DNA of 64,000 nt from an uncultured Gammaproteobacteria bacterium. Its GTDB lineage: Bacteria > Patescibacteriota > Microgenomatia > UBA8517. The DNA is taken from assembly GCA_965231135.1 (NCBI GenBank), contig OZ246419.1, positions 513,488 through 577,487 of the forward strand. Reading direction: 5' to 3'. Positions 1-8,834 of the stretch are shown here, piece by piece (position 1 is the stretch's first letter; the number at the start of each line of letters is the position of its first letter). The translations under genes were made by a program, and so were the position numbers. Below the pieces are notes generated by a model, which saw nothing but the letters and a program-made list of their open reading frames with translations, ran no database searches and was not told the origin of the DNA.

Positions 1-325
1 AACAAATAGCGATGTTGATTCAATGAGAGAAATAATCACAAGGCGACTAAATCATCTTGAAGATTGGGGAAGGCCGGACTTGATAATTATCGACGGGGGA
101 AAGCCACAACTTTCGAAAGTTCATGATTTACTTGAAGAAAAAAATATTGCCTTTGTAGGGTTTGCTAAACAATTTGAAACAATTGTTTTTTACAATGATG
201 GAGATTTTAAAGAAATACTTGCACGAGGAGAAGCTTTAAAATTAATGCAGAGAATAAGAGACGAAGCTCATCGTTTTGCGAGACGTTTACATCATCACCA
301 AGTTTCCAAGAGTATAATTAAATAA
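1..325 (+). CDS. uvrC: UvrC excinuclease subunit C, C-terminal part (5'-truncated at window edge)
   Basis: Reading frame is open to base 2. Motifs PDLIIIDGGKPQL and RIRDEAHRFA match the UvrC C-terminal RNase-H-like endonuclease domain. Confidence 0.7.
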   Translation, partial: TNSDVDSMREIITRRLNHLEDWGRPDLIIIDGGKPQLSKVHDLLEEKNIAFVGFAKQFETIVFYNDGDFKEILARGEALKLMQRIRDEAHRFARRLHHHQVSKSIIK

Positions 326-729
326 TGAAACATATACTTCGTACGTTTATTATTGAAGCTGTGGCTCTATATTTAGTTACTTTGATTACAACTGGACTTA
401 CTTTTACAAACGGACTACAAGACTTGATAGTTGCTGCAATTGGCCTTGCAATTACTTCAATGCTTGCAAAACCGATTATCAATTTATTTTTGTTACCGTT
501 TAATTTATTAACTTTTGGTTTTTTCAAATTTCTGACAGGAGCCATTACTCTGTTTATTACCGATTTACTTTTAGACCAATTTAGTGTTGGGGCATTTTTC
601 TTTAAAGGATATCCAGGGAAACTTATTGTTTTGCCAAGTATTGGATTTCCAGCTGGAGCTTTGTCTTATCTTGTTTTTTCTTTTTTGATTTCATTTGTGG
701 GAAGCATACTCTACTGGCTAGTTGGGTAA
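325..729 (+). CDS. small polytopic membrane protein (YvlD/holin-family-like)
   Basis: 134 aa with 3-4 hydrophobic helices. ATGA start overlaps the uvrC stop. Confidence 0.45.
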   Translation: MKHILRTFIIEAVALYLVTLITTGLTFTNGLQDLIVAAIGLAITSMLAKPIINLFLLPFNLLTFGFFKFLTGAITLFITDLLLDQFSVGAFFFKGYPGKLIVLPSIGFPAGALSYLVFSFLISFVGSILYWLVG

Positions 730-749
730 AATTTTAGTATAATTCATCT

Positions 750-962
750 ATGGCAAACATATTATCAATCCTGCAAATTTTTGTCGCTTTTGTACTTACT
801 TTGCTTATTTTGCTTCAAGTAAAAGGAGTCGGATTTGGACGCGTTTGGGGAAATTCTTTAACAGCTTTTTCAAGGCGAGGGCTTGAAGGATTTGTTTTTA
901 AAGCAACTTTTGTGTTTGCCGGGCTTTTTATACTGCTTTCAGTTTTGCAACTTCTTCACTAG
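750..962 (+). CDS. secG: preprotein translocase subunit SecG
   Basis: 70 aa with two TM helices. LLILLQVKGVGFG...FSRRG motif is typical of SecG. Confidence 0.6.
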   Translation: MANILSILQIFVAFVLTLLILLQVKGVGFGRVWGNSLTAFSRRGLEGFVFKATFVFAGLFILLSVLQLLH

Positions 963-2297
963 ATGGCAAAATCTTTGCGATATTGGATAAGGCTTACACT
1001 TGCTTTTTTCGACAGATTTAAATTAATTTTTCTTTTTGGAATTATTATTGGAATTGTTTGTTTTGTTTTATTTGGAATTATTGAGTCACGAATGCCAATT
1101 GCTGTTGAGAAAATTGGCATTGTTGGAGAATATACATCTGATAATTTACCAAGATCTATTACTGACCTGATTAGCGTAGGGTTAACAACTGTAGATGTTT
1201 CTGGAGAAGCACAATCTGGAATTGCACAAAGTTTTATAGCAAGCGATTCTGGAAAAACATGGACATTTAATTTGAATAAGAATTTATACTGGCAAGACGG
1301 GAGCCAAGTTACAAGCCATGATATTAATTATAATTTTTCTGATGCGACGCTTTCAAAACCTGATAAATATACTGTTGTTTTTAAATTAAAAACTGGTTTG
1401 GCTTCTTTTCCTGTTACTCTTTCAAAACCAATTTTTAAATCAGGACTTTTGGGGACCGGGGATTGGAAAGTGGTCAACCTTACTCTTGCTGGAAATTATG
1501 TAGATACTATTTCTCTTGAAAATAAACAAAAACAAGAAAAGATTTTTAAGTTTTATCCAACATCTGACGCCGCAAGGCTTGGTTATGAGCTTGGAGAAAT
1601 TAATGATTTAACAAATCTTGTTAATCCAAAACCGTTTGACACATGGAATGTTGCAAGCATTTCCGGGCAAATAAATAAACAGCAATACGTAGCTGTATTT
1701 TTTAATAATAGTGATAGTTTGCTAACTGATAAAGATATAAGGCAGGCATTAAGCTATGCAATTGACAAGTCAGATTACAAAAATAATCGTGCACTTGGGC
1801 CAATATCGCCTTTTTCTTGGGCATATGACCCCAGCGTTAAGCCTTATGATTTTGATATAACACATGCGAAAGATTTGATAGATGGAAGTAAAATAGACCC
1901 AAGTTTGAAGAAAAATCTTAAAATAACGCTTACAACAATTCCTGACTTGTTGGATTTAGCAAATAAAATTGCAAATGACTGGAAACAAATTGGAGTACAA
2001 ACGACAGTACAGGTTTTGCAATTTGTACCTGACCCTAGCCAATACCAAGCTTATTTGGCAATTACCAATATTCCTCTTGATCCGGACCAGTATTTAAATT
2101 GGCATTCAACGCAAACTTCTACAAATATTACGCAATTAAAAGATCCAAGAATTGACAAGCTACTAGAAGACGGGAGACTTGAAACTGATGAAACTAAAAG
2201 AAAAGCTATTTATTTTGATTTTCAGAAATATTTGGTAGAAGATGCTCCAGCTGCGTTTCTTTATTATCCAACTTACTTTAATGTTGCCAAGAAATGA
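963..2297 (+). CDS. membrane-anchored solute-binding protein (SBP family 5, peptide/oligosaccharide type)
   Basis: N-terminal TM helix. DGxxVTSHDINYNF-like motifs resemble Opp/Dpp family SBPs. Confidence 0.45.
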   Translation: MAKSLRYWIRLTLAFFDRFKLIFLFGIIIGIVCFVLFGIIESRMPIAVEKIGIVGEYTSDNLPRSITDLISVGLTTVDVSGEAQSGIAQSFIASDSGKTWTFNLNKNLYWQDGSQVTSHDINYNFSDATLSKPDKYTVVFKLKTGLASFPVTLSKPIFKSGLLGTGDWKVVNLTLAGNYVDTISLENKQKQEKIFKFYPTSDAARLGYELGEINDLTNLVNPKPFDTWNVASISGQINKQQYVAVFFNNSDSLLTDKDIRQALSYAIDKSDYKNNRALGPISPFSWAYDPSVKPYDFDITHAKDLIDGSKIDPSLKKNLKITLTTIPDLLDLANKIANDWKQIGVQTTVQVLQFVPDPSQYQAYLAITNIPLDPDQYLNWHSTQTSTNITQLKDPRIDKLLEDGRLETDETKRKAIYFDFQKYLVEDAPAAFLYYPTYFNVAKK

Positions 2298-2612
2298 TTA
2301 ACCTTTTATTTTTCTCCAAAAGGCTTTTAATGGATTTTCTCTGACGATGGGAGTGGAAAGCTGAATATCTGATTCTTTTTTGTTGTCAGTGGAAAAATGA
2401 ATTTTGGAATTGTAATTTTCTGTTTGAGATTTTATTGGATTGGTTTGAATTGGGTTATCAATTTTTACACTAGGCTGACCTGCTAACGCAACTCTGTGAC
2501 TGCGTTCTTGTCGTTCCATTTGTTTTGCTTGAATTTCCTCTGGGGTAAATGACTGACCAGGTATATAAACTTGCGGACCTTTTGGTTGTAACTCCTGCAT
2601 TTTGTCGGACAT
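2298..2612 (-). CDS. hypothetical protein
   Basis: 104 aa ORF, low complexity. Codon usage consistent with neighbours. Confidence 0.3.
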   Translation of the reverse strand: MSDKMQELQPKGPQVYIPGQSFTPEEIQAKQMERQERSHRVALAGQPSVKIDNPIQTNPIKSQTENYNSKIHFSTDNKKESDIQLSTPIVRENPLKAFWRKIKG

Positions 2613-2649
2613 TGAATAAATTATATTATTTTGAGCTTAAATTTACAAA

Positions 2650-3003
2650 TTATAAAAGGAAATCCAGAAAAATATTACGGTCTTCATCAGTTGTTAAACT
2701 AAACCATCCTGCGATTTTTGCTGCTGTTTCTTTATTCGTTAGTTTATTTACAGAATTTAATATTTCAGATTTGTGATCTGGAAAATGTTGTGTAAGTGAA
2801 CTTAGGAGATCTTCTTTAGTTCTATTAATCTGTTCTATTGTTTCAATTTGTTGTTTTTTTCTTCTTAGATCTGATTTGGGAACTCTCGTAAGAGTTGCTA
2901 TTAATTCGCGATTATTTTCTTGAGCAATTTCTTTCGCCTTTTGAAAGGCATCAAGCGCAACTTGGGAAATAATTATTGATTCCGAATTTTCTTTTGTGCT
3001 CAT
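2650..3003 (-). CDS. hypothetical protein
   Basis: 117 aa ORF, charged and helical. Lies downstream of the surface-protein gene on the same strand. Confidence 0.4.
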   Translation of the reverse strand: MSTKENSESIIISQVALDAFQKAKEIAQENNRELIATLTRVPKSDLRRKKQQIETIEQINRTKEDLLSSLTQHFPDHKSEILNSVNKLTNKETAAKIAGWFSLTTDEDRNIFLDFLL

Positions 3004-3030
3004 GTATATATTGTGTCTTATTTAATTATA

Positions 3031-5229
3031 TTACAAATTTGCTCGAGATTTTCTTAGTTTGGAGATTATAAAGACTACAATTAATCCGAACATTGGAACT
3101 ATTAACCAGGCTAGATTAATAACTGTTTTGTGGCTTGCTACTTTTGATGTTGTATTTGCTCCAAGAACTTGACCTGCGCTTGTTGTAAGAGAAGCTACCA
3201 ATACTTTTTGTTGAGTTTTATTTAAATTTGATGAAACATATGTCCCTGTTGGGTTTGATGTGTTGGTTGTACTTGAATCGTTATTTGAAGAGCTGGAATT
3301 ATTTGAATTGTTTGATGAACTATTATTTTGGTTATTTGACCCTTCGACTTCACTCAGGGCGCTTCCAGCGTCTGTTTGGCCTGGAGTGACAAAGTTACCT
3401 AGCCAACTGCCAAACACGTTTACCACTGTTACTACTAAATGTCCGCCTCCTGTTATATTGTTGTTCACAAAATTTACAAGATTAGCAATTATATTTGCAT
3501 TGCCTGTAGAGATATTTGAGTTTCCGTTTGTGTTGTAACTTGCATCATTATTTCCGGTGTTTGCTGACAAATTAATATTATTAACTACGTTTGCATTGTT
3601 TGTTTGGGTGACGTTGTTATTTGTTGTATTTGAAACGTTACTATTATTTGTTGAGTCTGCGCCATTATTTGAATTTGTTGCAGTAATATTTCCATTTGCA
3701 TCGGCTGTAAAGGTAGTGCCTGCGCTTCCTGCTGTATTTCCGTTGCCTCCAATAATTTGGCCAATCCACTCTCCTGCATTATTTACCAAGACAAGCCACC
3801 AATTGCCACCGTCAACGTTTGTATTTGCAATGTTTAAGGTTTGTGCATCGACACTTGCGCTTCCAGTTTGAACAGACGAATCTCCACTTGTGTTGTAGTT
3901 TGTACTATTTCCTCCGGTATTTGCAGTGTAATTAAGGTTGTTTTGGATATTTGCTGCATTTGTTTGAGCCAAATTATTATTTGTTGTATTAGAACTATTT
4001 GTGTTGTTAGTTGAATCAGCACCATTTCCTGTATTTGATGCATTTGCATTAACTACTGCACAACCGCAGTCAGCAATAGCTGAATCTGGAAGAACAATAT
4101 CTCCGTTTAAGTTTCCATAAATGTTGACTTCGTTATATATAACTTGACCGTCAAGATTATTGTTTGCGAAAGTCAAAACATTGGCATCAACATTTGCATT
4201 GCCTGTTGAAATATTTGAATCTCCTCCTGTATTTCGAGAAGATGTATTATTTCCAGAATTGCTTGCAAGATTTAAAGTGTTGCCGACTGTGGCGTCATTG
4301 TTTTGGAAAGTATTATTGTTGGTTATTGATGAACTATTGGAATTATTTGTTGAATCACTGCCGTTTCCTGTATTTGTTGATGAACTAGACCCTGTTTGGC
4401 ATCCTGTGATGCAAGTTCCAGAACCTGGATTTAAAATTAAATCTCCGTTTTGATCACCGTTGACATCAAATTCGTTGACATTTACTCCGTCAACATTAGA
4501 ATTTAGCGCAGTTATAACTGTTCCTGAAGTATTAGCATTTCCTGTTGTGATACTAGAATTACCTCCCGTATTTCGTGATGCAGAATTATTTCCAGTATTT
4601 GTGTTTTGAGTTAAATTATTCCCAACAGTTGCTGAATTATTCTGAGTTGTATCATTATTCGTTGTAGTTGAGCTGTTTGAATTATTGGTTGACCCTGAAC
4701 CATTATCGGTATTTCCAACAGTAGCTGACGGACTTGAATCTCCTAATGATGCCGAATTATTATTTGCATTTGTAACAATTGCTGCTGAATTGTCAGCTGA
4801 ACCGGTATTTATATTGGCACCGCTGCCTGCATTTGATGTTTGGTTTCCGGTTTGATTGCCTGTATTACCAGTTGTGTTTTGAGTATTTGCTGGAGCATTT
4901 GTTGGAGTTGGTGTGTTTGTATTTTGGTTATTATTAGAATTGTTATTTGTGTTTCCATTTGATGGTGTATTGGGAGTAGGCGTTGATACTGCAGGAGCAG
5001 TCGGCATTGGTGCAGGTGTTATTGTTGCAAGAGGCGGAGGAGTTGCTACTGGAGGAGCGGTTGGCGCTGGAGGAGGGGTTACTTGTGATGATGGATTTGG
5101 TGTAGAAATTGCAGGTGCTGTTGGGGCCGGAGGAGGGGTAATATCATCAGCGAAAGTTATTACAGGTGCCTGAATTAAAAGCATTAAGCTGATTATTAAA
5201 ACTGATATTAATTTATTTACTTTTTTCAT
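3031..5229 (-). CDS. giant cell-surface repeat protein (signal peptide, Pro-rich stalk, about 5 Asn/Ser/Thr/Gly-rich repeats, C-terminal TM anchor)
   Basis: N-terminal signal peptide MKKVNKLISVLIISLMLLIQAPVITFA. TPPPAPTAP linker. About 70-aa repeats of pattern GNGxDSTNNSN...NTGG..S..TGNA. CxC pairs (TGC, DCGC). C-terminal hydrophobic segment followed by KLRKSR tail. Confidence 0.8.
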   Translation of the reverse strand: MKKVNKLISVLIISLMLLIQAPVITFADDITPPPAPTAPAISTPNPSSQVTPPPAPTAPPVATPPPLATITPAPMPTAPAVSTPTPNTPSNGNTNNNSNNNQNTNTPTPTNAPANTQNTTGNTGNQTGNQTSNAGSGANINTGSADNSAAIVTNANNNSASLGDSSPSATVGNTDNGSGSTNNSNSSTTTNNDTTQNNSATVGNNLTQNTNTGNNSASRNTGGNSSITTGNANTSGTVITALNSNVDGVNVNEFDVNGDQNGDLILNPGSGTCITGCQTGSSSSTNTGNGSDSTNNSNSSSITNNNTFQNNDATVGNTLNLASNSGNNTSSRNTGGDSNISTGNANVDANVLTFANNNLDGQVIYNEVNIYGNLNGDIVLPDSAIADCGCAVVNANASNTGNGADSTNNTNSSNTTNNNLAQTNAANIQNNLNYTANTGGNSTNYNTSGDSSVQTGSASVDAQTLNIANTNVDGGNWWLVLVNNAGEWIGQIIGGNGNTAGSAGTTFTADANGNITATNSNNGADSTNNSNVSNTTNNNVTQTNNANVVNNINLSANTGNNDASYNTNGNSNISTGNANIIANLVNFVNNNITGGGHLVVTVVNVFGSWLGNFVTPGQTDAGSALSEVEGSNNQNNSSSNNSNNSSSSNNDSSTTNTSNPTGTYVSSNLNKTQQKVLVASLTTSAGQVLGANTTSKVASHKTVINLAWLIVPMFGLIVVFIISKLRKSRANL

Positions 5230-5312
5230 TATCTAACTTTCTTTCTATCTATTTTGGTTTGTGGTTTCCTCCCCGAAGTGCGGGAGAGGAAATTTCCACA
5301 ATTCCAGTTACT

Positions 5313-6587
5313 TTACATGTTGAAATGTAAAGCGTTTAACAAATCTTGCAAACTGAATGTCAAAGTGACATTAGTATTTGAACCACTCCAAGGGAATGGA
5401 AGAGTTGTTACGTCAGTTCCGAAGAAGTTAGCATTTCCCTGATTGTTTATATCAGTTGTATTGCTTGAATCTCCAGTTGATACTGATGGATCGCTGGTTG
5501 CTCCAGTGTTGGAGTTAATTTTATTATCTCCAGACTTTGAGTTTCCATTAAGATCATTGTTCGTATCTCCACTATTGGCTTGTCCAATCTGTTGTCCGTT
5601 TGTTAAGTCAGCGTTGATAGTATCATCTGTATGATGATTATATTTATCGCTTGCACCATTGCCTGCAATCTTTGCTGTAACATCCATTAAACAATCGCAT
5701 CCAACATTTGCATCGTTAAAATTAACGGCAGTGTCAGCTGAAACGTTTGTAACGGCGTTACCGGTGTCGATTGTTACATCTCCACCCCAAGGATCGGTTT
5801 GACCGCCTGTATTATCATCTGCTGTGTTTTTACCAGTGTTTGATTTTGCATAAACATTGTTATCGACACTTGCAGAGTTGGTTTGTCCAAGGACAACCCA
5901 ATCAGTAAGTCCAAGATTTACTTTATTGTGTGAATCTGAACCATTTCCTGAAATTATTACAGAATCAGTTGAACCTGTGCTACCATCTCCATTTCCAACT
6001 TGTGCAACGTTTTGGTTTGCATTTGTTGTAACTGAAACGTTTGTTGTAGCATTTCCTGTTGAAACACTGACAGATCCTCCTGTGTTATCACTTGCGTGAT
6101 TGTCACCTGAGTTTGCACTTACATTTTTAACATTGTTATTAACGTCTGCTGAATTGGTTTGAGTCAATTCGGTTTGGTTTTTAACTTGTGTATTTGCAGT
6201 GTTTTGTGATTTGTCACCGTTTCCTGTGACGTTGACATCAAGGTCACCAGTCGAGCATCCGCAATTACTTACGTTTGCAACGTTGCTGTTGACAGCATTA
6301 TTGACTGTAACGTTTGTCTTTGCGTTTCCTGTATCAACACTTGCATCTCCTCCAGTATTGTGGCTTGCATTATTGTCACCACTATTTGCTGAAGATGATA
6401 CGTTGTTGCTGATAGTAGCTGAATTGGATTGACTTACTTGAGTTGTTTGAGTCACGCTTACGTTTGCATTATTATTTGAATCTGAACCATTTCCTGAAAT
6501 TGTGATTGTGTCAGCAAATGCAGGGGTAACGGATGCAAAAACTAATGCAGCGGTTGAAACTATAGCAAAAATTTTTTTAATATTCAT
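5313..6587 (-). CDS. secreted repeat protein, paralog of 3031..5229
   Basis: Signal peptide. Same repeat grammar (GNGSDS..ANSGDN.AS.NTGG..SV.TGNA.TNV) and CxC pairs (NCGC, GCDC). No C-terminal anchor. Confidence 0.8.
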   Translation of the reverse strand: MNIKKIFAIVSTAALVFASVTPAFADTITISGNGSDSNNNANVSVTQTTQVSQSNSATISNNVSSSANSGDNNASHNTGGDASVDTGNAKTNVTVNNAVNSNVANVSNCGCSTGDLDVNVTGNGDKSQNTANTQVKNQTELTQTNSADVNNNVKNVSANSGDNHASDNTGGSVSVSTGNATTNVSVTTNANQNVAQVGNGDGSTGSTDSVIISGNGSDSHNKVNLGLTDWVVLGQTNSASVDNNVYAKSNTGKNTADDNTGGQTDPWGGDVTIDTGNAVTNVSADTAVNFNDANVGCDCLMDVTAKIAGNGASDKYNHHTDDTINADLTNGQQIGQANSGDTNNDLNGNSKSGDNKINSNTGATSDPSVSTGDSSNTTDINNQGNANFFGTDVTTLPFPWSGSNTNVTLTFSLQDLLNALHFNM

Positions 6588-6670
6588 TCATCTTCACCCC
6601 CTTCCTGCTAGAGAACATTTGCACTTCGTTCTCAAACTTTTTTTGGTTATAACCAAAACTTTCGTTTTGT

Positions 6671-6723
6671 AAACAAAAAAAGAGGCTTCTCAACACGAAA
6701 AGAAATTCCTGTTGAAAAGCCTC
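6671..6723 (-). terminator. intrinsic terminator hairpin on minus strand inside the leader of the 5313..6587 gene
   Basis: GAGGCTTCTC...GAAAAGCCTC 10-bp stem with 9/10 pairing. Followed on the minus strand by a U7 run. Confidence 0.45.
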
Positions 6724-6791
6724 CGATTGCGGTCAGCCTTTATTTATAAGTTACGCTATAAGCATAGCTTGTAAGTTTCACTTATGAGATA

Positions 6792-6820
6792 TATATAATT
6801 TATTAGAAAAAAGTTGTCAA
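6792..6820 (-). promoter_or_regulatory. sigma70-like promoter on minus strand (TTGACA-17-TATATA)
   Basis: Minus-strand TTGACA (plus 6815-6820), 17-nt spacer, TATATA (plus 6792-6797). Would drive a short leader or sRNA toward the terminator at 6671..6723 and the surface-protein gene. Confidence 0.35.
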
Positions 6821-6892
6821 TACCTAATTTCATATTTTCACTGTTTATAATAAAAATAAAAAGGTTTTAGATTTTTTTGATAAAATCAACCG

Positions 6893-8035
6893 ATGAAAAG
6901 TGAGAGAGAGAAAAAATTACAAAATGAATTATATAGACCGTCTCACGAGTTAGCGTGGATGTTAGGAATATTAGCAGGCGGTTCGTTTACACGCGGATAT
7001 GCTGTTGGTATAAGAGAAAATAATAAACAAGTTCTTGCACAAATCAATTCAATCGGAATTGGAATATTTGGAGTAACTCCGGAATTTGAATTTAAACGTT
7101 GGCATTTAAAATTTACAACTAGACAGGCAATAGGAGATTTTAGTAGATCTGAATGGCCTAATACTCTCACTTCTAATTATTCTTGGGTTTTAAATAAAGA
7201 TTATGCATCAGACTTTTTGTCCGGATATCTGGATAAAAATGGGGGTATTTATCCGAGAGCAAATGGGGGCTGTATTACCCAATTTAGTACTTCAAGAAAT
7301 GAATCTGCCGATATTCTTATTGATATGTTGAATACACTTAATATTAATGGAAGTAATAAAACTTATGAAAAAAGAAGGCAGGATAAACTTTCTGACGGTT
7401 TAACTGGAATTGCTTTAACTGCGATTTCAGATCAATTAGATTTATTTAACAATATATACACTTGTATTTCAGATAGACAACAAATCATTGATAATTTGAA
7501 ACAAACTTATGTAAATCTAAGATTAGTTGATCCAGAAAAAGTTGATATATATGAAAAAGTAATAAAGATTAGAAAAGAGCATCCAGAAATGGGCGCGGTG
7601 AAAATTAAAAAGTTTCTTTCTGATAAACAAAAGAATCGCCGCGATATTAGTACTTTTACCATACAAAAGTGGATTTATATTGATTCACGACCTGATAGAT
7701 TTCCAGTTAAGCGACTTACGAAGAAGTCTGATGGATTTGGAGGACTTAGCGATCTTCTTTTGTACAGGATTAATAAGGAGAGACGAAATGAAATAGCTGA
7801 AGTCCCATATATAATTCTAAGGCTGGGGGAAAGAATAAACAAAGAAGGAAACACAAACAATGAAGATTTGTTAAATATATTATATCGAGCTTGGACAATA
7901 CTTAAAGAATCGGAAAAAATTCCAAATTTGAGGCAACAGGTCTTATTTGCACTTTTATCTAAAGACTATAAAGAGTTGTTGCAAAAAATTTACCTGGTTG
8001 AACGAATTATTAAACAAAGGATAGATTACGAATAA
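6893..8035 (+). CDS. free-standing degenerate double-LAGLIDADG (homing-endonuclease-like) protein with C-terminal extension
   Basis: ELAWMLGILAGGSF and DFLSGYLDKNGG resemble the two LAGLIDADG motifs of a single-chain homing endonuclease, but the acidic catalytic residues are replaced. Confidence 0.4.
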   Translation: MKSEREKKLQNELYRPSHELAWMLGILAGGSFTRGYAVGIRENNKQVLAQINSIGIGIFGVTPEFEFKRWHLKFTTRQAIGDFSRSEWPNTLTSNYSWVLNKDYASDFLSGYLDKNGGIYPRANGGCITQFSTSRNESADILIDMLNTLNINGSNKTYEKRRQDKLSDGLTGIALTAISDQLDLFNNIYTCISDRQQIIDNLKQTYVNLRLVDPEKVDIYEKVIKIRKEHPEMGAVKIKKFLSDKQKNRRDISTFTIQKWIYIDSRPDRFPVKRLTKKSDGFGGLSDLLLYRINKERRNEIAEVPYIILRLGERINKEGNTNNEDLLNILYRAWTILKESEKIPNLRQQVLFALLSKDYKELLQKIYLVERIIKQRIDYE

Positions 8036-8039
8036 AAAA

Positions 8040-8201
8040 TTAATTTTTTGGATGAATGTGGAGATTTGAGGTCTTTTTAATATTTCTTACAGTTATTTGA
8101 GTTACTTCACCTTTTTGTACATAGATTTCTATCGATCCGTAATCCGGGACAGATTTCAAGGCTTCTTTTATTTCTTCGATTAAGTCTTTAGATACTTTCA
8201 T
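8040..8201 (-). CDS. DUF2292/YezD-like small protein (53 aa, not in ORF track)
   Basis: Translated as MKVSKDLIEEIKEALKSVPDYGSIEIYVQKGEVTQITVRNIKK... Matches the YezD-type pattern (KEAL...YGSVEI.VQ.G.V.QI). Lies 9 nt downstream of the 8211..8795 gene. Confidence 0.5.
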   Translation of the reverse strand: MKVSKDLIEEIKEALKSVPDYGSIEIYVQKGEVTQITVRNIKKTSNLHIHPKN

Positions 8202-8210
8202 TAATTTAAA

Positions 8211-8795
8211 TTAGAGTGTTAAAGGGATTTTTTGTTTATCTCCTTTAATTTCTCCAACTTGAAGTACAAAATTCTTATCTGAGGTATTAACTGTAAAGCC
8301 TAATCTGGAATAAACTGTGGAAATTGCTTGGACCGTAACGGGATCGTTGTCGACAGTTGGCGCAAGCCAGGTGTTTTGATCTCCGTTTGCTGAAAGTCTG
8401 ACATAATCTTTGGTATTAATGCTTATTGGCTGGTCAAAAGAATTTGTTAATGCAAGAGTAACAATTAGAAATGTTCTTCCTGTTACTGCTGTAGCTTCCT
8501 GACCTTGAATAACTATTTGATTGTTGAGCGCTGCATTTTGAATTACAAATTTTACAGTTTCAGGATTTCCGTTTGATGTGCTTGCTGTATTGCCAATTGG
8601 AAAATCAAATTCTTTATTTAGATTTTCTGCTTTTTGTGGGGCGCTAATATTTACACCAGCAATTTTTGGTTTCGCATTTTTTCCTGTGAGAACTTTTATC
8701 CCTAAAAACAAAACTATAACGACAACAATAGCGAGCAAAATATATTTTCTTGATTTAGGATTTATTTTTGAAATAAACTGTCTTATTCGCCCCAT
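8211..8795 (-). CDS. membrane-anchored DUF4352-like beta-sandwich protein
   Basis: N-terminal TM helix and beta-rich ectodomain. Operonic with the GH18 gene. Confidence 0.4.
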   Translation of the reverse strand: MGRIRQFISKINPKSRKYILLAIVVVIVLFLGIKVLTGKNAKPKIAGVNISAPQKAENLNKEFDFPIGNTASTSNGNPETVKFVIQNAALNNQIVIQGQEATAVTGRTFLIVTLALTNSFDQPISINTKDYVRLSANGDQNTWLAPTVDNDPVTVQAISTVYSRLGFTVNTSDKNFVLQVGEIKGDKQKIPLTL

Positions 8796-8834
8796 AATTT
8801 GTAGGCTTGATCTTACAAGAGTGGTTGGGGATTG

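Noticed and set aside
3260-5173. Several plus-strand ORFs (3260..3538, 3557..3871, 4160..4453, 4164..4388, 4913..5173) and minus-strand ORFs (3585..3779, 3834..4049) inside the large repeat gene
   Set aside because: They are antisense or frame-shifted shadows of a long low-complexity repeat gene. They have no start context and biased Leu/Phe/Val composition typical of mirror frames.
5443-6432. Plus-strand ORFs 5254..5442, 5443..5634, 5857..6099 and 6199..6432 opposite the second repeat protein
   Set aside because: Shadow ORFs of the 5313..6587 gene. No independent signals.
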